Shown here: piece after piece, positions 7,755 through 15,803 of the stretch
How positions within the stretch are numbered: position 1 is the stretch's first letter
How the letters are laid out: every line of letters starts with the position of its first letter
Assembly (NCBI GenBank): GCA_003164655.1
Contig: PLTW01000091.1
Location: 1-35,413, forward strand
Origin: Actinomycetota bacterium
Lineage (GTDB): Bacteria > Actinomycetota > Thermoleophilia > UBA2241
DNA: 35,413 nucleotides
Reading direction: 5' to 3'
Notes under the pieces: model-generated
What the model was told of the DNA's origin: nothing
Databases searched by the model: none
The model's input: the letters and a program-made list of their open reading frames with translations, nothing else
Translations under genes and position numbers: made by a program

Positions 7755-8798
7755 TCAAATTCTCACCGTCTCGCGCACGTTCAAATCCTCACCGCACATG
7801 TCGCAGTGCCCGCGGCGCAAGGCGAGGTCTTCGATGGTCGAGCCGGTGCGACGCACCACGAGCCGGTGACAATGAGGGCAGACCGTGTTCTGCCCCTCGT
7901 GGCCCGGGACGTTGCCGACGTACACGAACTCCAGACCTTCCTCGTGGCCGATGGCGACGGCGCGCTCGAGCGTGCGGATCGGCGTCGCCGGTACGTGCGA
8001 CAGATCGAGCTCGGGGTGAAAGCGGGTCACATGCCACGGCGTCTTGACGCCCAGACGGTCGACCATCCAGGCGGCGATGCCGCGCAGCGTCGCCTCATCG
8101 TCGTTCAGGGTCGGGATGACGTTGGTGACGATCTCCACGTGACAGCCGTGCTCGTGGAGCGCCCGCTCAGCGGCCGCCAGCACGGGCGCGTGACTGGGCG
8201 CCCGGCAGAGTCGCTTGTAAAGCTCGTCGTCGAAGCCCTTCACGTCGACCCGGTAGGCGTCGATGTGCGGCGCGACCGCATCGAGACCCTCGGTCGTGAT
8301 GTAGCCGTTGGTCACCATCACTGTGTAGAGGCCGTGCTCGTGAGCGATCGTCGCGCCGTCGATCACGTATTCGATCCAGATGGTGGGCTCGTTGTAGGTC
8401 CAGGCGACGCCGGCGCAGCCGTTGTTGCCCGCCAGCAGCGGCAGCCTGTCGACCGGGAGGGACCGCAGATCGCGCAGGCCGCCGGCGACGTCGGCGTGGG
8501 CGATCTGCCAGTTCTGACAGTGAGCGCAAGTGAAGTTGCAGCCGAGCGTGCCGACCGATAGCACGGTCGTCCCGGGAAAGAAGTGGAACAGGGGCTTCTT
8601 TTCGATTGGGTCGGCGGCCACGCTGCAGACGCGGTCGTAGACGAGACTGTAGAGCGTCCCGCCACGGTTCTCGCGAGCCCGGCAGGTGCCGCGCTTACCC
8701 GGCCCGATCACACACAGACGCGGACAGACCCGACACTGCACGATGTCGCCGTCGCGGCGCTCGTAGAGGATGGCCTCGTGCGCCGTGTCGTCGCTCAT
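7755..8798 (-). CDS. amrS: AmmeMemoRadiSam-system-type radical SAM enzyme (pyruvate formate-lyase-activase-like)
   Basis: N-terminal Cys cluster VQCRVCPRLCVIGPGKRGTCRAREN. Radical SAM motif GCNFTCAHCQNW. C-terminal CPHCHRLVVRR...GHCDMCGE. Confidence 0.8.
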   Translation of the reverse strand: MSDDTAHEAILYERRDGDIVQCRVCPRLCVIGPGKRGTCRARENRGGTLYSLVYDRVCSVAADPIEKKPLFHFFPGTTVLSVGTLGCNFTCAHCQNWQIAHADVAGGLRDLRSLPVDRLPLLAGNNGCAGVAWTYNEPTIWIEYVIDGATIAHEHGLYTVMVTNGYITTEGLDAVAPHIDAYRVDVKGFDDELYKRLCRAPSHAPVLAAAERALHEHGCHVEIVTNVIPTLNDDEATLRGIAAWMVDRLGVKTPWHVTRFHPELDLSHVPATPIRTLERAVAIGHEEGLEFVYVGNVPGHEGQNTVCPHCHRLVVRRTGSTIEDLALRRGHCDMCGEDLNVRETVRI

Positions 8799-8953
8799 GC
8801 GTCCCCCTGCCGCTGACCGTCGATGGCGAAGGTCACACCCCGGCCCACGGCCTCGCCGGCGTGGGCGTGCGCCACGTGGCGACCGAGGAACGGCCGCACG
8901 ACCGCACGCCGGCCGGCGCAGAGATCGGTCAGCTCGGGCACGATGTCGGTCAC
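8795..8953 (-). CDS. Unannotated 52-aa ORF translationally coupled to the radical SAM gene (function unknown)
   Basis: The GTG at 8953 is the first start after the in-frame stop at 8978..8980. AAAAGGAG lies 4 nt upstream. The stop overlaps the amrS start as ATGA (8795..8798). 46 of 52 codons end in G/C. Peptide: VTDIVPELTDLCAGRRAVVRPFLGRHVAHAHAGEAVGRGVTFAIDGQRQGDA. It is below the length cut-off of the ORF track. Confidence 0.45.
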   Translation of the reverse strand: MTDIVPELTDLCAGRRAVVRPFLGRHVAHAHAGEAVGRGVTFAIDGQRQGDA

Positions 8954-9028
8954 GGCGCTCCTTTTCGAGCGAGTGCGTCAGGGTCTCGGCGGTGCCGAGA
9001 AGATGCTCGGCCGCGCTCGTCGGCTTTC

Positions 9029-9034
9029 ATTGTA
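9029..9034 (-). promoter_or_regulatory. Candidate -10 (TACAAT on the minus strand) for the small-ORF/amrS transcript
   Basis: attgta on the plus strand, about 75 nt upstream of the GTG at 8953. It sits back-to-back with the plus-strand TATAAT at 9076. Confidence 0.3.
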
Positions 9035-9075
9035 CCGCTCGCATCAGGCCCGCGAGCCGGCGCCGTGTCCCGCGC

Positions 9076-9081
9076 TATAAT
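9076..9081 (+). promoter_or_regulatory. Candidate -10 (perfect TATAAT) for the 9140 radical SAM gene
   Basis: tataat sits in otherwise very GC-rich intergenic DNA, about 58 nt upstream of the ATG at 9140. The -35 is weak. Confidence 0.35.
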
Positions 9082-9139
9082 CAATATGGCGTGTCGCCGC
9101 GCGGCGCGCCTCCCGTCCTCGACGCATGCGAGCGGTCCC

Positions 9140-9775
9140 ATGCCCGACACGATCGTCTATCGCGGCAACGGCAACATCTACCTCAACGTCACTAACCGTT
9201 GCTCGTGCGACTGCGACTTCTGCTTTCGCTCCTTTACCAGCGAGGTGTTCGGCAGCGACCTCGCCCTGTCGCGCGAGCCGACGACCGACGAGTTGACGCG
9301 CGAGATCGAGCTGGCCTTCCTCGACGGACCGGCCGACGAGGTGGCGTTCGTGGGCATGGGCGAGCCCACCATGTGTCTCGACGTCGTGCTGGCCGTCACC
9401 GAATGGCTCACGGCTCGGCGGCTGCGCTCGCGCCTCGTGACCAACGGCCACGGTCGGCTCCTCAACCCGGGGGTCGATGTCGTGGCGAGCCTCGCGCGCG
9501 CCGGTCTCGACGCCGTCACCGTAAGCCTGAACGCCGCCGATCCCGAGGTCTACGATCGCCTCTGCCGGCCGATGTTCTCCAAGGCGTTCCGCGAGATCGT
9601 TCTTTTTGCCCAGTCGTGCGCCGCGGCCGGTATCGCCACGACGCTGACGGCGGTCGACCTGCCCGACGCCGACCCCGACGGCTGCCGCGCGATCGCCGAA
9701 GCTGTCGGTGCCTCGTTTCGGCTGCGCGCCCACGTGCCGCCGCCGGAGTCCCGGACGGACCCGACCGCGCCCTGA
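9140..9775 (+). CDS. Small radical SAM protein (resembles the TatD-associated radical SAM family)
   Basis: ATG at 9140 within the 8606..9775 frame. MPDTIVYRGNGNIYLNVTNRCSCDCDFCF contains CxxxCxxC. Also FVGMGEPT and LVTNGHG. 211 aa. The upstream part of the track ORF is Arg-rich shadow sequence. Confidence 0.7.
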   Translation: MPDTIVYRGNGNIYLNVTNRCSCDCDFCFRSFTSEVFGSDLALSREPTTDELTREIELAFLDGPADEVAFVGMGEPTMCLDVVLAVTEWLTARRLRSRLVTNGHGRLLNPGVDVVASLARAGLDAVTVSLNAADPEVYDRLCRPMFSKAFREIVLFAQSCAAAGIATTLTAVDLPDADPDGCRAIAEAVGASFRLRAHVPPPESRTDPTAP

Positions 9776-9835
9776 CGGACGGTCTTCGAGCAGGCGCGAG
9801 CCAGGATGCGGTCGAATGATACGATGGGGTGACAG

Positions 9836-10543
9836 ATGACCGACCCGGGCGCCAAGATCCTTCTGGTCGATGACGAGGAGGCCATTCAGAAGCTGCTGCG
9901 GTTCCCCCTCGAGAAGGAGGGGTACCAGGTCGTTCAGGCCCGCGACGGCCAGGAAGCCCTCGACGCCTTCGCCCGTGAACCCTTCGACCTCGTCATCCTC
10001 GACGTCATGATGCCGCGCGTCGACGGTACCGAAGTGTGTCGCCGGCTGCGCGCCGTCAGCACCGTCCCGATCATCATGCTCACGGCCAAGGCCGACGAGT
10101 TCGACAAGGTGCTCGGCCTCGAGATCGGCGCCGACGACTACATCACCAAAGACCGCTTCAGCCTGCGCGAGTTCCGCAGCCGGGTGCGGGCCCAGCTGCG
10201 GCGGGCCGACATGTCGCGCCAGACCGGCAGCGCCCGTCAGGATCTCGTCACGATCGACGGCCTCGAAGTCGATCTGCCCAAGCGCAACGTCGACGTGCGG
10301 GGCCGGCGTGTCGACCTCACCTACATCGAGTTCGAGCTGCTCAAGACGCTCATCTCGCATCCGGGCCGCGTCTACTCGCGGCAGATCCTGCTGCAGCTCG
10401 TCTGGGGCGACGCGGAGTTTCGTGACGCGCGCACCGTCGACGTGCACATCCGCCACCTGCGCGAGAAGATCGAACGCGACGCCCGCAATCCCGAGTTCGT
10501 CTTCACGGTCCGCAATATCGGCTACAAGTTCCGCGAGTTCTAG
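9836..10543 (+). CDS. OmpR/PhoB-family response regulator
   Basis: Receiver domain: ILLVDDEEAI...DLVILDVMMPRVDG...IIMLTAKAD. Winged helix: LTYIEFELLKTLISHPGRVYSRQILL...VDVHIRHLREKIE...VRNIGYKF. Confidence 0.9.
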   Translation: MTDPGAKILLVDDEEAIQKLLRFPLEKEGYQVVQARDGQEALDAFAREPFDLVILDVMMPRVDGTEVCRRLRAVSTVPIIMLTAKADEFDKVLGLEIGADDYITKDRFSLREFRSRVRAQLRRADMSRQTGSARQDLVTIDGLEVDLPKRNVDVRGRRVDLTYIEFELLKTLISHPGRVYSRQILLQLVWGDAEFRDARTVDVHIRHLREKIERDARNPEFVFTVRNIGYKFREF

Positions 10544-10568
10544 GTCTCCTACGCCCTCCGAGGTCGCA

Positions 10569-12395
10569 GTGCGGCGTTCGTTCATGCACCGGGTCCGGTC
10601 GTCCGTAGCCACCTCGCTGCGCGCCGTCGACGACGCGCTCGCCTGGTGCTTCCGCCCCGTCCCCGGGTCGGTCAAGAACTGGCTCACCGTGCTGTTTCTG
10701 GGTGTCGTGCTGTTCGACATCGGCCTCATGTACATGTACGTTGTGCCGAGTCTGCAGAACCACCTCGTTCACCAGAAGCTCAGCGACCTGTCGCGCAGCT
10801 TGCCGGTCGTCGGTGACACCATCGCCGGCGTATCGCCCGACGCGCTCGGCGACGCCGCGCGCGTGATCGACACCCGGATCAACGCCCGCATCATCGTGAT
10901 CGACCTCAGTGACATGCAGGTCCTCGACGACTCTCGCCCGGGCCTGCCGCGCAACATCGCCAACTACCCCGTCGTCGCCGCCGCCGAGCGCACCGGCCGC
11001 GTCACGATCGGCACCGCGACCATCGGCGACACGCTGTACGCGACCGCGGCGGTGCCCGTGGTGAACCTGTTCGCCGGCTTTCGCGGCATCGTCCTGGTGT
11101 CGACGCCGCTCACCGACCTGCAGCGCGCCGTGCAGTCGGTGCAGCGCCAGATCCTGCTGGCCGGCGGCCTCGCCCTGATCGCGACCCTGTTTGCCGGTTA
11201 CCTCGCCTCGTACTTCATCGCCCGGCGTCTCAAACGCATCGAGCGCGGCGCATTGTCGATCGCCTCGGGCGACCTCTCGCACCCCGTGCTGCCGGGACCG
11301 CCCGACGAGATCGGCCAGCTCGCCGTGACCTTCAACATGATGGGCGGCCGCCTGCGCGAGGCCTTTTCGCAGATCGAACGCGAGAAGGAGAACGTCGAGG
11401 TCCTGCTCTACGATCTGGCGGAGGGCGTGATCGGCGTCACTGCCGCGGGCGAGCTCGCCATCGCCAACCCCGCGGCTGCGACTCTTCTGGGCAGGGCGCT
11501 GCCGGCGGGAACGCCTCTCGCCGACCTGTTGCCGCCCGATGTCGCTCAGGCGCTCGTCGAGACGCAGGCCGACAGCGAGGACCGCACCGTCGTGGTCGAG
11601 TACGGCGGACGCTCGCTCGAAGCGTCCGTGTACCGGGTCGGCCGCGAAGCCGAGGTGCGCGACATCGTCGTGCTGCGCGACATCACCGAGCAGGCCCGAC
11701 TCGACGCGGCCCGGCGCGACTTCATCGCCACCGCCTCACACGAGTTGAAGACACCGCTGTTCTCGCTCTCGGGCTTCATGGAGCTCATCGACGAAGGCGA
11801 GCTCGATGCCGCCACCGAGAGCGAGTTCCTGGCGCTGATGCGCCAGCAGGTGGACCGGCTGACCGACCTGTCGCTCAGCCTCCTCGATCTCTCTCAGGTC
11901 GACTCGGGGGCGGTGCGCCTCGAGGCCGACGACATCGACCTGACGGCCGTCACCCGCAATGTCATCGCCGAATTTCGACCGGGCGCCGAGAGCCGTGGCG
12001 TGAGCATCGAGGTCGCCGCACCCGCGGAGCTGCCGGCGGCCTGCGACGAGCGACGCGTGGGTCAGGTCCTGAGGGCGCTTCTCGACAACGCCGTGAAGTT
12101 CTCGCCTCAGGGAGGGACCGTCGCCGTCGATCTGGCCGCCGAGACCGTCGCGGGCGCCGCCGACGACGTCGTGATCACTATCACAGACCAGGGGCCGGGG
12201 ATCCCCGCCGACGAGCTCGACCGCGTGTTCGAACGCTTCTTCCGCGGCAATGACGGGGCCCACCAGTCGGGCAGCGGACTGGGCCTGTCTATCGCCAGAG
12301 ACATGGTCGCACTGATGGGGGGCACGCTGACAGTGCGGTCGCGCCGCGGTTCGGGGGCGACCTTCACGGTGCGCATGCCGCGCATCCAGGACTAG
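10569..12395 (+). CDS. Sensor histidine kinase (two TM helices, HAMP, PAS-like, HisKA, HATPase_c)
   Basis: GTG at 10569 (GAGG lies 6 nt upstream), or ATG at 10584. TM: WLTVLFLGVVLFDIGLMYMYV. HAMP: DEIGQLAVTFNMMGGRL. H-box: ASHELKTPLFSLSGF. N-box: LLDNAVKFSP. G-boxes: DQGPGIP and GSGLGLSIA. Confidence 0.9.
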   Translation: MRRSFMHRVRSSVATSLRAVDDALAWCFRPVPGSVKNWLTVLFLGVVLFDIGLMYMYVVPSLQNHLVHQKLSDLSRSLPVVGDTIAGVSPDALGDAARVIDTRINARIIVIDLSDMQVLDDSRPGLPRNIANYPVVAAAERTGRVTIGTATIGDTLYATAAVPVVNLFAGFRGIVLVSTPLTDLQRAVQSVQRQILLAGGLALIATLFAGYLASYFIARRLKRIERGALSIASGDLSHPVLPGPPDEIGQLAVTFNMMGGRLREAFSQIEREKENVEVLLYDLAEGVIGVTAAGELAIANPAAATLLGRALPAGTPLADLLPPDVAQALVETQADSEDRTVVVEYGGRSLEASVYRVGREAEVRDIVVLRDITEQARLDAARRDFIATASHELKTPLFSLSGFMELIDEGELDAATESEFLALMRQQVDRLTDLSLSLLDLSQVDSGAVRLEADDIDLTAVTRNVIAEFRPGAESRGVSIEVAAPAELPAACDERRVGQVLRALLDNAVKFSPQGGTVAVDLAAETVAGAADDVVITITDQGPGIPADELDRVFERFFRGNDGAHQSGSGLGLSIARDMVALMGGTLTVRSRRGSGATFTVRMPRIQD

Positions 12396-12515
12396 GAGAC
12401 GACGCGCTCGAGGCAGCCGCGAGGGCAGGTTAAGATACCCTCGACCGGTGGCAACATCGAAAGCGAGCAGAAACGACCGCCGCACCGGCACTCACGCTGC
12501 TGTAGGAGGAGGCGC

Positions 12516-13706
12516 ATGCCCAGTTCACGAAGCTTCGCTGCCGGAGTCATCGGCGGCATCGTCGGGGCGGCTCTGCTGATGCTCGTCCTCTTTCTGCTGG
12601 GCGTGACCGACGTCAAGAAGGAGACCACCGTCACGGTGACCGCCCCAGCGGCGTTTGCCAGCCCCGGCGCGCCGTCGGCCGGCCGCGCCCTCACGCCGAC
12701 CCAGATCTACGACAGGGAAGCGACCGGCGTCGTCGAGATCACCAGCACCTTCCCCTCGACCGGCACCGACCTGTTCGGCCAGCCCACGGGCGGCGGAGTC
12801 GCCGTCGGCTCGGGCTTCGTAGTCTCCAGACAGGGCTACATCCTCACCAACGCCCACGTCGTCTCCGATTCGGGTCATCTGGCCACCAAGCTCACGGTCA
12901 TGTTCAAGGGCGCCGGTTCGCAGACCCGAAGCGTCAGCGGCAAGATCGTCGGCGTCGACGCGCAGTCCGACGTGGCCGTCGTCAAGGTCGATCCCTCCGG
13001 CCTCACTCTCAACCCCCTGCCCATGGGCGACTCCAACGCCGTTCAGGTCGGCGAGCCGGTCGTGGCTATCGGCAACCCGCTGGCGCTCGAGTTCACGCTC
13101 ACGTCGGGCATCGTCTCGGCCATTCATCGCGACCTGAGCCCGCAGACCGGCACGAACATCTTCAACGGCATCCAGACCGACGCCGCCATCAACCCCGGCA
13201 ACTCGGGCGGACCCCTGATCGATGCCAGCGGCAACGTCATCGGCATCAACGAGAGTATCGATACCACGACCGGCGGCAATCAGGGCCTCGGCTTTGCGGT
13301 GCCCATCGACACGGCCAAGAACTCGCTCGGCCAGATCGTCAAGAGCGGCCACGTCGACTACGCCTGGATCGGCGTCACGCTGGAGACGCTGACTCCCGAC
13401 CTGGCCAAGACTTTCAAGTACTCCGTCGAACAGGGCGCGCTGGTCGGAACCGTCAAGGCCGGCAGCCCCGCCGCGAAGGCGGGCATCAGGGGCGGCACGT
13501 CGACCGTCACCGTCCAGGGCACGCGATTCACCGTGGGTGGCGACGTCATCACCGCCGTGAACGGCAAGCCGGTGACCTCGGCTGAAGACCTGGTCCAGGC
13601 GATCACCGCTTTCAAGCCGGGCGACACCGTCGCGCTGACCGTCAACCGCCACGGCGCGACCTCCACCATCAAGGTGACGCTCGGCACGCGCCCGGCCAAC
13701 CTCTAA
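12516..13706 (+). CDS. htrA: HtrA/DegP-family trypsin-like serine protease with a PDZ domain
   Basis: N-terminal TM helix. Catalytic triad contexts LTNAHVV, DVAVVKV and GNSGGPLID. C-terminal PDZ: GDVITAVNGKPVTSAEDL. AGGAGGAGG lies upstream. Confidence 0.9.
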   Translation: MPSSRSFAAGVIGGIVGAALLMLVLFLLGVTDVKKETTVTVTAPAAFASPGAPSAGRALTPTQIYDREATGVVEITSTFPSTGTDLFGQPTGGGVAVGSGFVVSRQGYILTNAHVVSDSGHLATKLTVMFKGAGSQTRSVSGKIVGVDAQSDVAVVKVDPSGLTLNPLPMGDSNAVQVGEPVVAIGNPLALEFTLTSGIVSAIHRDLSPQTGTNIFNGIQTDAAINPGNSGGPLIDASGNVIGINESIDTTTGGNQGLGFAVPIDTAKNSLGQIVKSGHVDYAWIGVTLETLTPDLAKTFKYSVEQGALVGTVKAGSPAAKAGIRGGTSTVTVQGTRFTVGGDVITAVNGKPVTSAEDLVQAITAFKPGDTVALTVNRHGATSTIKVTLGTRPANL

Positions 13707-13814
13707 CGGGGCAAGCAGGCCTGCCGAAACGATCACGATAGCGCCGCTTGCCTGCCGCATCGGAAGCCACTCTGCGTGCGCTGCGGCATTTTCGCAACCG
13801 ATTCGGGTATCTGG

Positions 13815-13844
13815 TTGACTTATTTCGATAGAGGCTGCTAGCCT
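13815..13844 (+). promoter_or_regulatory. Candidate sigma-70-type promoter (TTGACT, 18 nt spacer, TAGCCT) for the regulator/kam operon
   Basis: ttgact tatttcgatagaggctgc tagcct lies in the comparatively AT-rich 150-bp intergenic region after htrA. Confidence 0.35.
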
Positions 13845-13923
13845 TATCACACCTTTCGTGAAACGAATCACGAGCCGGGGCCACGCTGTCGGACCCTCGC
13901 CGGACGACGGTGAAAGGACTCAC

Positions 13924-14658
13924 GTGATCGCAAGCAGTGCCGTCAATCCCTATCTGCGGTCGTATGTCGCCGTGGTGCGGGGGTTGGCCGAAATGTTCGG
14001 GCCTGGCTGCGAGGTCGTGCTTCACGACCTGGCCGAGATGCCGCACTCGATCGTGGCCATCGAGAACGGCCAGGTGACCGGCCGGCGACCGGGCGATGCC
14101 CCGACCGACCAGATGCTGCGCTCGTTGCGCAACGCCGACGACACTCCCGACGTGCGCCTCTATGTGTCCTCCTCAGAGGGCACGGTCCTCAAGTCGCTCG
14201 CCGTCACCCTGCGCGGCGGCGACGATCGCCCCATCGGCGTGCTGGGCATCAACCTCGACATCTCCGATCTCGTGCACGCCCAGCGCACGCTGGCGAACCT
14301 TACCGCCGCCGCTCGCCCCAGCGGCGAGGTCGTGCCCGAGACCGAGGAGCTGTTCGGGGGCGACATCCGCGAAGTCCTGGCTGGCATGATCGTCGGCATT
14401 CTGAGCGACATGGGCAAAACGCCGGCCACCATGAACCGCGAAGAGAAGATGGAGGTCGTCGCGCGGCTCGAGGAGCGCGGCGCGTTTCTCGTGAAGCGCT
14501 CCGCGGAGCAGGTCGCCGAGGCCCTCGACCTTTCGCGCTTCACCGTCTTCAGCTATCTCAAGGAGATCCGCAGGCAAGACGGCGGTCGGAGCGATCCCGC
14601 CAACTCAACGAGCGCCGGCTCAAACCAGACCGACGACACCGCGGGCGGCGGCCGATGA
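13924..14658 (+). CDS. YheO-like transcriptional regulator (PAS-like sensor plus C-terminal HTH)
   Basis: GTG at 13924 follows GAAAGGA. The track start at 13858 is the alternative. Motifs: NPYLRSYVAVVRGLAEMFGPGCEVVLHDL...SIVAIENGQVTGR and C-terminal EEKMEVVARLEERGAFLVKRSAEQVAEALDLSRFTVFSYLKEIR. Confidence 0.7.
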   Translation: MIASSAVNPYLRSYVAVVRGLAEMFGPGCEVVLHDLAEMPHSIVAIENGQVTGRRPGDAPTDQMLRSLRNADDTPDVRLYVSSSEGTVLKSLAVTLRGGDDRPIGVLGINLDISDLVHAQRTLANLTAAARPSGEVVPETEELFGGDIREVLAGMIVGILSDMGKTPATMNREEKMEVVARLEERGAFLVKRSAEQVAEALDLSRFTVFSYLKEIRRQDGGRSDPANSTSAGSNQTDDTAGGGR

Positions 14659-15803
14659 CCGCCGCCGGTACGCCCGCGTCGGCCTTTGCGGACACGACCG
14701 CTCCGGCCACCCTGTTCGACGTCGTGGCCGCGAGCGGCGCCGCGACGATCGCCGTGATCGGTCTGGTCAAGAACGCCGGCAAGACGACCGTGGTCAACGC
14801 CCTCATGGACAACGTGCCGCTGCGTTTCGGGCTCACCTCACTCGGCTTGGACGGCGAGCGCACCGACCACCTGACGGGGCTCGACAAGCCACGCATCGTG
14901 CCGCCGCGCGGCACGCTCATCGCCACCACGGTCGGCTCGCTCGACCGCTCGCACTACACCATGGAGCAGCTCGAGCGCCTGCCGTTCCACACATCGCTCG
15001 GCAACGTCGTGATCGGCCGCGCCGTCGGCGACCGCGCCGTCGAGATCAGCGGCCCTACCACGCTCGCCGAGGTCGCCGCAACCGCTGCCCGGCTGCACGC
15101 CCACGGCGCCCGCCTCGTGCTGGTCGACGGCGCCATCAACCGCCTCGGCAGCGCCTCGCCGCGCGTGTGCGATGCCGTGATCATGGCGACCGGTGGCCTG
15201 GTCGCCGACACGCTCGAAGAGACCGTTGAGATCACGCTGGCCACGCTCGAGATGCTGACCCTTCCCGCGGTCGACCCCGAGAGTCGCAGCCTCGTGAGCC
15301 CGCAGACCCTGTCGGGTGGGCGCGCCGTCGCCGTCGACGAGCACGGCCGCCTTTCAACCCTCGACCTCGATACCATCGTCGGCGAGGGCGTGAGGGTAGC
15401 CCGCGAGGTCGAACGGCGGGCCACGAAGGTGCTTTTCGTCGGGGGCGCGCTCACCCAGGAGTTCGCCGACGACTTCTCCCGGACCCTGCCCCCTCTCTAT
15501 AGCGTCACGGTCGTCGTGCGCGACGCCACGGTCCTCATTCTCACGCCCACGACCGTTGCCCGGTTCCGCCGCCGCGGCATCGACCTGCGCGTGCTCACGC
15601 CGCTGCGCGTCCTGGCCGTGACCGCCAATCCCTACCGGTTTCCGCAGCCGTACAACCCCAGGCTCTTCTTCGGCGCGATCGCCGACGCAGTCGGCGATCG
15701 CGCTCCCGTCTTCGACGTCGTCCACGGTCTGGCCGCGGTGCCGGACGGCGCTGCCGCCGGCAGCCCGACGACGTCGCCCCCTCCGACGCCAAGGACGGTG
15801 TGA
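14655..15803 (+). CDS. P-loop NTPase-domain protein of unknown function, translationally coupled to kamD. Possible aminomutase accessory or reactivase factor.
   Basis: Walker-A-like AVIGLVKNAGKTTVVNAL. ATGA overlap with the regulator gene (14655..14658) and GTGA overlap with kamD (15800..15803). The functional call rests on context only. Confidence 0.6.
   Translation: MTAAGTPASAFADTTAPATLFDVVAASGAATIAVIGLVKNAGKTTVVNALMDNVPLRFGLTSLGLDGERTDHLTGLDKPRIVPPRGTLIATTVGSLDRSHYTMEQLERLPFHTSLGNVVIGRAVGDRAVEISGPTTLAEVAATAARLHAHGARLVLVDGAINRLGSASPRVCDAVIMATGGLVADTLEETVEITLATLEMLTLPAVDPESRSLVSPQTLSGGRAVAVDEHGRLSTLDLDTIVGEGVRVAREVERRATKVLFVGGALTQEFADDFSRTLPPLYSVTVVVRDATVLILTPTTVARFRRRGIDLRVLTPLRVLAVTANPYRFPQPYNPRLFFGAIADAVGDRAPVFDVVHGLAAVPDGAAAGSPTTSPPPTPRTV

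Noticed and set aside
8872-8881. Third parS-like palindrome GCCACGTGGC
   Set aside because: It shares only the central CACGTG. It lacks the GTTT/AAAC arms that define parS, and it lies inside the small ORF.
8606-9139. N-terminal 178-aa extension of the 9140 radical SAM ORF, and the 8823..9080 ORF
   Set aside because: The translations are Arg-rich shadow sequence. The extension overlaps the amrS start, the small ORF and the divergent promoter region. The recognisable protein begins at MPDTIVYRGNG.
9044-10735. 563-aa minus-strand ORF antisense to the radical SAM and response regulator genes
   Set aside because: It has no recognisable motifs, and it is antisense to two genes with clear signatures (CxxxCxxC; receiver plus winged helix).
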